A stretch of 63,011 nucleotides of DNA, counting the filler, from Stramenopiles sp. TOSAG23-2 (lineage: Eukaryota), in the NCBI GenBank assembly GCA_900128395.1. It is 11 parts of 11 records of this genome, joined end to end, with 100 filler letters (N's around TTAATTAATTAA, not from the genome) between each part and the next. Parts side by side here need not be neighbours in the genome. Positions count along the whole stretch, not along the records: positions 55,558 to 61,620 come from LT650530.1; positions 61,721 to 63,011 come from LT653254.1; 9 more parts are not named here. One strand, written 5' to 3'. Of this stretch, positions 56,285 to 63,011 are shown one piece after another. The notes below the pieces were generated by a model, which had not been told where the DNA came from, did no database searches, and saw only the letters and a program-made list of their open reading frames with translations. Positions within the stretch are counted from its first letter, which is position 1. Each line of letters begins with the position of its first letter. A program made the position numbers and the translations under genes.

Positions 56285-58405
56285 TTATCTTCTTTGCACC
56301 AAGTCAAACAGGTCATTAAGAACGGTCGATCGTCTTCTTTTACGGCGCTGTTTCATAACATCCGACATTTTATATGATTTTGCTTCACGCTCATATGAAA
56401 TTCCAAATCCATGGCCTTGATGGGTTCTATAACCACAACATCTAGTACCTAACATTCGTGCAATAGTGTAAGATATTATGACCATGCCAACTGTGAGCCA
56501 GAAGAATGAAACCATATTTACGAAATGTACAGCCTTAATTGTGAAACAATTGTGTTGGAACACTTTTGACGATACATAAATTGCCCATGCTCCCAGCAGC
56601 ATATCGAGGGGTAACAACGTCACTAGTGTTTTAAATGTTCGGCTTCCTCTTTCTATAGTGAAATGACAAGGATCTACGCTAAGAACAGTGAATCGATGTT
56701 CCTCTACATTGTCTTTATAATGCGCGAGCTTGAAGCCTGCAGATAAGGGTTCAAGTTGTAATAAATTGTTTACTTGTCGCTTTAATAAATTCTTTTGATC
56801 AGCCTTTGTGTATTTTAAAGATTTGAAATCCATGTATCCATCTTCGATGAACTGGTCTAAATCAGCATTCAATCGTTTAGCCATATTCGCAACTTCATTC
56901 ATTGGCCATTTGTCCATTTTTTCCATCATCGATTCTTTAAAAATTAATTGATCATCCCCCGTCGTCTCGATTTCCTTTAATTTCACTGGATTTTCTAGAT
57001 ACAAGCATTTAAGCACATCTAACTCTAGCATGAGGTGATAAACCATCTCCCCTGAGTCACGAAACATTGAAACGACATATGCTTTCACAAATTTGGTTCC
57101 GCGAGTTACAGCTAGAGACGTGTGATGATAACCAAAATATTTTTTGTTATCTCGTCCTTCTACTAAGCCTTCAAATTTTTCTTTCTTAACCAAAACACCA
57201 TCTCCAACGTGAATTTCCTTGTCTCTGCATTCATCAAAATCTCTGTTTTTCAATCGCGTGGCACCTTTTTCAAAAGGAAAGATGTCAGGTACTCTTCCAT
57301 CTGATTCGTCCACGATGACATAATGCCTTGGTGTGACTAAATTACCCATGTAATGTTTAATTTCCCATTGTGCTAGATCCTCTCTCCAATCTAATAATAG
57401 TTTTTTTCCATTATCAGGATGCAATGACCATTTATATCTTAAACACCATCTTTCCAGATCAATTAATTTCATTGTATCGTTCTCTCCATTTTTCACAATG
57501 GTAACGTTGAGTTTTTCAATCGCTCCCAATTTTTGTTTCACCTTTTCCGACACATCTTCATAATCCCATTCTTTCATAAAGGCTTCGACAATACCACTTC
57601 TTAATTTAAATACAAAATGAGTATCTTTAAATTCTTTCTTGTTCTCTTCAAACCACAGTTGCGTTTTTCGTATGTATTTTCCTGCCTCTTCATCTTTATA
57701 TTGTATAAGATTCTCTTCTGTAACAAAATATTTGCCAAGGTTTATCTCGAGTTTTCTAGTAGTCATTCTGTTCATTTTTAAGCCTCTAATTTTTTTAGCA
57801 TCATCTCCTACAGGTTTTAAAAGATCGAGTCCTGCATCGTAAAATTGTTTTGCAGTAGCAATATTGGAAGAATATGCTGTTACAATTTCCAGTTTCTTTA
57901 AAATTTTGATAATTGTGTCGATGTGTAAATCCGGGTTTTCATCCATTCTTTTCCCTACAGTTTCAATAATCAACTGGGTCTTCTCTTGGTCGTCTAAATT
58001 GTTCTCTTGCAGAGTAAATTCTTCTGTCTTTTCTACGTCATATAGTGCCTGGTAAAATTTTAAGCGTTCTTCCCCATGTATTAAGTTAAAGTTTTCAATG
58101 CATCTTAAGCATTGCATATCATATTCGCTACCATAACGATATGAGAAGATAAACAGGGTACATCCGATAAACAAGCCATAAAGGGCATTGGTAACCACCC
58201 AATCATTCAAGTTTCCCGTTACTTCTGTTCCACAAGTAGTTTTCTCCATAGGATTATTTCTGATTTGAAGCAATATACTGGCCCATAAGGTTAGTCCCCA
58301 TATAATAATTTGCAAATAAAAAGCAACGTGATATCTAGTCTGGATCCTTTCAAAAGCCTGGTTAATGCGTAAATATACAAATAAATAAAAGAATATTGTC
58401 CACAT
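56285..58405 (-). CDS. Membrane protein with N- and C-terminal TM pairs and a large soluble loop; function unknown
   Basis: 706-aa ORF with hydrophobic helices at both ends; may have an upstream exon. Confidence 0.7.
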   Translation of the reverse strand: MWTIFFYLFVYLRINQAFERIQTRYHVAFYLQIIIWGLTLWASILLQIRNNPMEKTTCGTEVTGNLNDWVVTNALYGLFIGCTLFIFSYRYGSEYDMQCLRCIENFNLIHGEERLKFYQALYDVEKTEEFTLQENNLDDQEKTQLIIETVGKRMDENPDLHIDTIIKILKKLEIVTAYSSNIATAKQFYDAGLDLLKPVGDDAKKIRGLKMNRMTTRKLEINLGKYFVTEENLIQYKDEEAGKYIRKTQLWFEENKKEFKDTHFVFKLRSGIVEAFMKEWDYEDVSEKVKQKLGAIEKLNVTIVKNGENDTMKLIDLERWCLRYKWSLHPDNGKKLLLDWREDLAQWEIKHYMGNLVTPRHYVIVDESDGRVPDIFPFEKGATRLKNRDFDECRDKEIHVGDGVLVKKEKFEGLVEGRDNKKYFGYHHTSLAVTRGTKFVKAYVVSMFRDSGEMVYHLMLELDVLKCLYLENPVKLKEIETTGDDQLIFKESMMEKMDKWPMNEVANMAKRLNADLDQFIEDGYMDFKSLKYTKADQKNLLKRQVNNLLQLEPLSAGFKLAHYKDNVEEHRFTVLSVDPCHFTIERGSRTFKTLVTLLPLDMLLGAWAIYVSSKVFQHNCFTIKAVHFVNMVSFFWLTVGMVIISYTIARMLGTRCCGYRTHQGHGFGISYEREAKSYKMSDVMKQRRKRRRSTVLNDLFDLVQRR

Positions 58406-58527
58406 CTTTTTTCTTTCTTTGTAAGTATTTTCAAGCCAACTTCTTATTCTATCGTTGGCGTATATTTATGTATATGTATCCAACTATTATATAAACTACT
58501 GTTTATTAATTATTGATAATAGTAATA

Positions 58528-58562
<35 letters not shown>

Positions 58563-59461
58563 TATTGACAGCCAGGATTATATATATATATATAGTATAT
58601 AGTTATACAGTATATGTTAATGTAATAATAGTTATTATTATTGGATATTATTATTATTATTATTGCACTATTTTATTATTATTAATTATTATTATTATTA
58701 TAGCAGGGACAGATTTGCATTGCCTGGATTTAGATTTGCCTGCTGCATTGGCATTTCCAGCATTCCACAGATTAATGGATTTTGCTGGATTGCTGGATTG
58801 CTGTTGATGAACTTACACACATCATCATTGCCATCAGGTGGTAGTTTATTGTACACAGTTAGTTGGCGATGTGAGAACCTATTGTTATATACTGTTAAGT
58901 GATGCTATGAAGCTGTTAAATCTCAAGAAGAGTAATTGATAGTCGGAAAGTAATTGATCGAAGTAAATACTTATTAATATCCTAGATCCTAGATAACCTG
59001 GCCTTACCATCACTAGGGCTGGCTAAATATTTGATAAATAAATACTGTAGGTATTAATATTAATAATTAATAAACACTGTGTGTGAACAACTCTCCCAGA
59101 ACTGCGTGAAATCCCAACAAACCTTAATTTCAAGCTAGCATGGAATTACGATTGAATTTTTTGCTATCAAGACCACATCATTGGCAATAATAGAGTAATA
59201 GAGCTGGCTCTACCACCAGGTTAAGGTGGTAATTGTATTTCCTGCATCAGTTTCGCTGGTTTCCGTTAATATACTTGTAAGCAGCACTTCTTGCAAATAA
59301 TAAGATAACGATTTTAATTATATTATTTTACATCATACCTTTTTGATATATAATATGATACAAGATAAGAAATATACAGAATAGAATACCGATACAAGTT
59401 AAGAACAATTGTGTATTCAGAAGAAGAAGAAGAAGAAGAAGAAGAATATATATTGCAAAGC

Positions 59462-61087
59462 ATGGAGCAACAAAATATTATGACGACGGAGTTTGAAAAT
59501 CCGTTTCGTTTACCATCAGATGAACAAGTATTTTTAATGAGGGATGAACAACGGAAGCAAGCAAAAGAGGAACGAGAACGTACTAAAAATTTACCAGTAT
59601 GGGCCAAAACTACATCAACTATGAAGCAACAGCAAATAAGGCGTATAAAAGATGACGATATATTGCCTGGTGCAGGTGCCGTTATGAATAAACAAAGTAG
59701 GCATAGCAAAGGTTTAGTGGCTGCAGCAACAGCAGCTATTTCTAAAGATCGACGTAGAGAAAAAGAAAGTATGTCAGATTTTATTGCAAAAAAACGTGAA
59801 ATGTTTTTAGTACAAATGTCGTTAGATACGAAACGTGAAGAAATCCGAAAATTGGAGGAAAAGGCACAAATGAAAGAGCAAGCGTTGAAAAAGAGTGAAT
59901 TGATGCTTGAGGAAGATGCCATTCGATTTGATACTTTTTTAAAAGAAAATGATTCTAAAGCGCATGAAGCTATTAAACTAGCAGAAGATGCAACAAAAGC
60001 AAAACAAATAAAACTACAAAAAATTAAACAGTTAACGTTGGAAATCCAACAAGTTGAAAATGAAATGAACAAGTACAAAGAACAGTTGGAAGATTGTGAG
60101 CGATATAAGCAATTTTTGGATGAATTGACACCTGATGAATATTTTAAAACGCAATATGAATTGAAATTGGGACGTGCGAAGGAAAAACGTCAAGCGAAAC
60201 ATGATCAAATTGTGAATGAATGGGAAGAAAAAAACAAATTAATTCAAGCGGAATATGAAGAAAAAATAGCTGCTGAAAAAGCAAAAGCAGAAGCGGAAGG
60301 TATACGGCAACGTAAAAGTAAGAAGAAGAAGAAAGAGGCGGAAGGTCCTGTTTTATTGCCTGAACCTGAGTTTGATGATAACGATGAAGATTATTTATCA
60401 GATACAGACCCACCAATGTACTTTAGGGAACCAGAACAATTGTTGGATATATTTACAACATTGGAAGAGCAAAATTTATTTTTAATACAAAATTCACAAG
60501 AAACGGAACAAGCATTGGAAGAATTAAAACAAACATTTCGTCGTACGAAATCGGAAATGGATGGTAAAACTTCTGCACTATCTAAAAACATTAGGTTATT
60601 GGAATCGCAAATTTTAAGGGAACGTGAAAAAGCAGTTGCGCTAAGGAAACGAGCAAAGGCTAGCACAGGTGAAGATGGGCAAAAAGATTTATTAGAGAAA
60701 TTGGAAGAAAGAGTACGTCATGTATATGAAAAATGTGGTTTCAATGCAGAAAGTAAACCTAGTACATTAACTATGTTGACAGATTTGGAAGCAAAATTAG
60801 AAGATTTATTAACTAAAATTGAACAAATGCCTGAAGATTTTGTTGCAAAAGCTGAAAAACAAAAAGAAAATGAACGCCGTGAACGTTATCGTAACGCAAG
60901 GTTAAAAGAAGCGGAAATTAAATACAGAGAAAAATTGGAAATATCCATGAGACGCGCTATGCAAGCACCAAAGAAACATACAGGAAAACCAATTATGACC
61001 AGATCTAAACCATTATTTCGTCGTAAAAAAGTTGAAGCAGTTGAAGTAGAAGATGAACATGCCGCAGATCAAAAATATTTTATGTAA
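59462..61087 (+). CDS. CFAP100: Cilia- and flagella-associated protein 100 (DUF4200, CCDC37/38)
   Basis: NPFRLPSD, FIAKKREMFLVQMSL..KREEI...LEEDAIRFDTFLKEND, MYF..PEQLLDIF..LEEQNLFLIQNSQE and GKPIM.RS.P. Confidence 0.92.
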   Translation: MEQQNIMTTEFENPFRLPSDEQVFLMRDEQRKQAKEERERTKNLPVWAKTTSTMKQQQIRRIKDDDILPGAGAVMNKQSRHSKGLVAAATAAISKDRRREKESMSDFIAKKREMFLVQMSLDTKREEIRKLEEKAQMKEQALKKSELMLEEDAIRFDTFLKENDSKAHEAIKLAEDATKAKQIKLQKIKQLTLEIQQVENEMNKYKEQLEDCERYKQFLDELTPDEYFKTQYELKLGRAKEKRQAKHDQIVNEWEEKNKLIQAEYEEKIAAEKAKAEAEGIRQRKSKKKKKEAEGPVLLPEPEFDDNDEDYLSDTDPPMYFREPEQLLDIFTTLEEQNLFLIQNSQETEQALEELKQTFRRTKSEMDGKTSALSKNIRLLESQILREREKAVALRKRAKASTGEDGQKDLLEKLEERVRHVYEKCGFNAESKPSTLTMLTDLEAKLEDLLTKIEQMPEDFVAKAEKQKENERRERYRNARLKEAEIKYREKLEISMRRAMQAPKKHTGKPIMTRSKPLFRRKKVEAVEVEDEHAADQKYFM

Positions 61088-61720
61088 ACCAAAAAAAAAA
61101 GAGAAATGCGGCGTTGTGTTTTTTAATTTGTACATCTGCAACTCTTTGTGTATATATATAATAAGTAAAAAAAACAATAGTCGTAGTTCGTATGATGTGA
61201 TACTGTGCAATAAAAATATTTTCGTAAATATTACGTATGATATAAATCTATGATATCATATCACAATCTATTCATAGATATCATATCATTATGATATGAT
61301 GATATGAGATATTAATATCATACGAGAGTATATATATGTATGTACGTATTTAAAATCAAAATACACACACACGCGAAAAATATACGAGTATAAAAACATA
61401 TATAACATTTCTTTTTTATACCCTGTATCATAGTACGTTCGTAGCATATATCATATTAATATATATATACAAGGGTAATATATCTCTATATCTAGTACGA
61501 ATAAAATATTCTTTTTAACGCGTATTTTTATATTTTTATACTCGTATATATTTAATTTGCGCATAATTTATTGTTTTAATATACTCATGATAATTCCTAC
61601 TCTTCAAAAGAATACAATAANNNNNNNNNNNNNNNNNNNNNNNNNNNNNNNNNNNNNNNNNNNNTTAATTAATTAANNNNNNNNNNNNNNNNNNNNNNNN
61701 NNNNNNNNNNNNNNNNNNNN

Positions 61721-61862
61721 TTTTTTATTTTCTATATATCTCTATCATTTTTTATTTTCTGAGATATCTCTCTATCATTTTTTATTTTCTAGATATCTCT
61801 CTATCATATTTTATTTTCTTACGAGAGTATATATCTATCTATCAATTTTTTATTTTCTATAT
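61721..61862. repeat. Degenerate ~29-bp minisatellite
   Basis: Four to five units of TTTTTTATTTTCT...ATCTCTATCAT. Confidence 0.7.
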
Positions 61863-62667
61863 CTATCATTCTATAATACGAAGTACGAGTATTATTTATT
61901 TTTATACGACGAGGTATCTTTTTCCTCTTGCATTAAATTGATTCGTATTGATGCTATGGTTGCAATGTGAAAAGTCTAGGACCTAGATTAGTTGCAATGT
62001 ACTATATTAAAATGTGTTGAGCAAAAATCGTCTGTAAAATCGATTTTGTCGAAGGCTTGTGTACCTGCTAATACGATTTAAATAGACATATCGTACTTAT
62101 AGTATACAATAAAGAAGGAATGAACAACAACAAAAACAAAAAGAGGGACAAATCATCATCAATTAAATGCATATATAGTGCTATATTAATATATATGTAC
62201 ATAGATGTACAATCAATGAAGGCCACGCTTTAAACCACAACAAACAAAACATATTGTTTTTATTTTGAATACAAATAGAAAATCTTGATCGTGTTTGTTG
62301 AGAGAATTCACCGAAGAAAAAAATAATAAAACAGAATTATTAAGAAGAAATTAAGAATTTTGTTATAAATTAACAAATTAATAACAAAATCACAAAAATC
62401 ATTATATTAAATTAAAAATTGTGTTATAAATTAACAAATTAACAAAAATTATATTAATAAAAAATTGTGTTGTTATAAATTAACAAAATCATTTCTAATA
62501 TTTGTGATTGATATAGAACATTCTGCAAAAGAAAGAACAAATTCGTATTTTATAACAAATTCAATATAATAATTGTGATTTGTGATATATATATATATAT
62601 ATATATATATAGAACAGTTGCAACAAAACAAACGAAGAAAAAAACCCAACAAACTAAGCTACCGACG

Positions 62668-63011
62668 ATGCTTAAAAAAATCATTATGACAATATATTTC
62701 ATATATGTCATTTTTGTGACATCATTTGGTGAAGTATATGGCGGGGAATGGGATTGCGCAGCAACTACCAATACTGGAACATTTACACGTTCAATGGATT
62801 GTACAACAATATCCGGTAATAATCATGTTGCCGTAGCAAATACGTTAGAAATTGTTGGTACAAATACGGATATGAATCACTTAATAACAATAACAGCTGC
62901 GAGTAAACATCGTCATTTTTCTTTAAATAATTCAAATGCAAAATTAACATTACGTTATTTGAAATTAGTTGGTGGGGATGTTTATAGTTTTAATGTTTAT
63001 AGTTTTAATCC
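62668..63011 (+). CDS. Secreted/surface protein, probable beta-helix (PMP-like) N-terminus; runs off the window end
   Basis: Not in the ORF track. MLKKIIMTIYFIYVIFVTSFGEVYG signal peptide, then WDC...DC...RHF...LTLRYLKLVGG with no stop. Confidence 0.65.
   Translation, partial: MLKKIIMTIYFIYVIFVTSFGEVYGGEWDCAATTNTGTFTRSMDCTTISGNNHVAVANTLEIVGTNTDMNHLITITAASKHRHFSLNNSNAKLTLRYLKLVGGDVYSFNVYSFN

Noticed and set aside
59323-60078. 251-aa antisense ORF and the many other short shadow ORFs
   Set aside because: They lie opposite or within well-supported genes such as CFAP100 and have no motifs of their own.

Overview
This window is not one locus. It is 11 unrelated contigs of about 6.06-6.09 kb, sorted by decreasing length and joined by artificial N44-TTAATTAATTAA-N44 linkers. 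Approximate contig spans: 1-6086, 6187-12268, 12369-18445, 18546-24618, 24719-30791, 30892-36961, 37062-43128, 43229-49293, 49394-55457, 55558-61620 and 61721-end. Ten contigs come from an AT-rich, intron-poor, flagellated microbial eukaryote. They carry PRP19, RPAP2, ATG2, CFAP100, HEI10-like, TACO1/YebC, U-box, SDR and MFS genes, with poly-Asn linkers and GT-AG introns; a marine stramenopile is my guess only. Contig 9 (49394-55457) is a giant virus (Nucleocytoviricota, probably Imitervirales-like). It encodes DHFR-thymidylate synthase, a trifunctional mRNA capping enzyme with an unusual (APQD)7 linker and C-terminal SAP domain, an adjacent FtsJ/CMTR-type cap 2'-O-methyltransferase and a penton-like protein, and it has an AAAATTGA promoter motif. 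Other highlights: a DNA transposon with perfect 26-bp TIRs and a TGTG target-site duplication; a bacterial-type TROVE-like/TerD protein; a CiaB/M49-like zincin; a spliced GMC oxidoreductase-GNAT fusion; a 10-nt microexon in a collagen/Gly-rich fibre gene; and a polarity of CWG-rich patches upstream of genes versus TACGAGTA motifs downstream. Two genes (viral TS and host ATG2) are broken by inversion junctions, most likely MDA/single-cell chimeras. All family calls come from recognising motifs by eye; no database searches were run.
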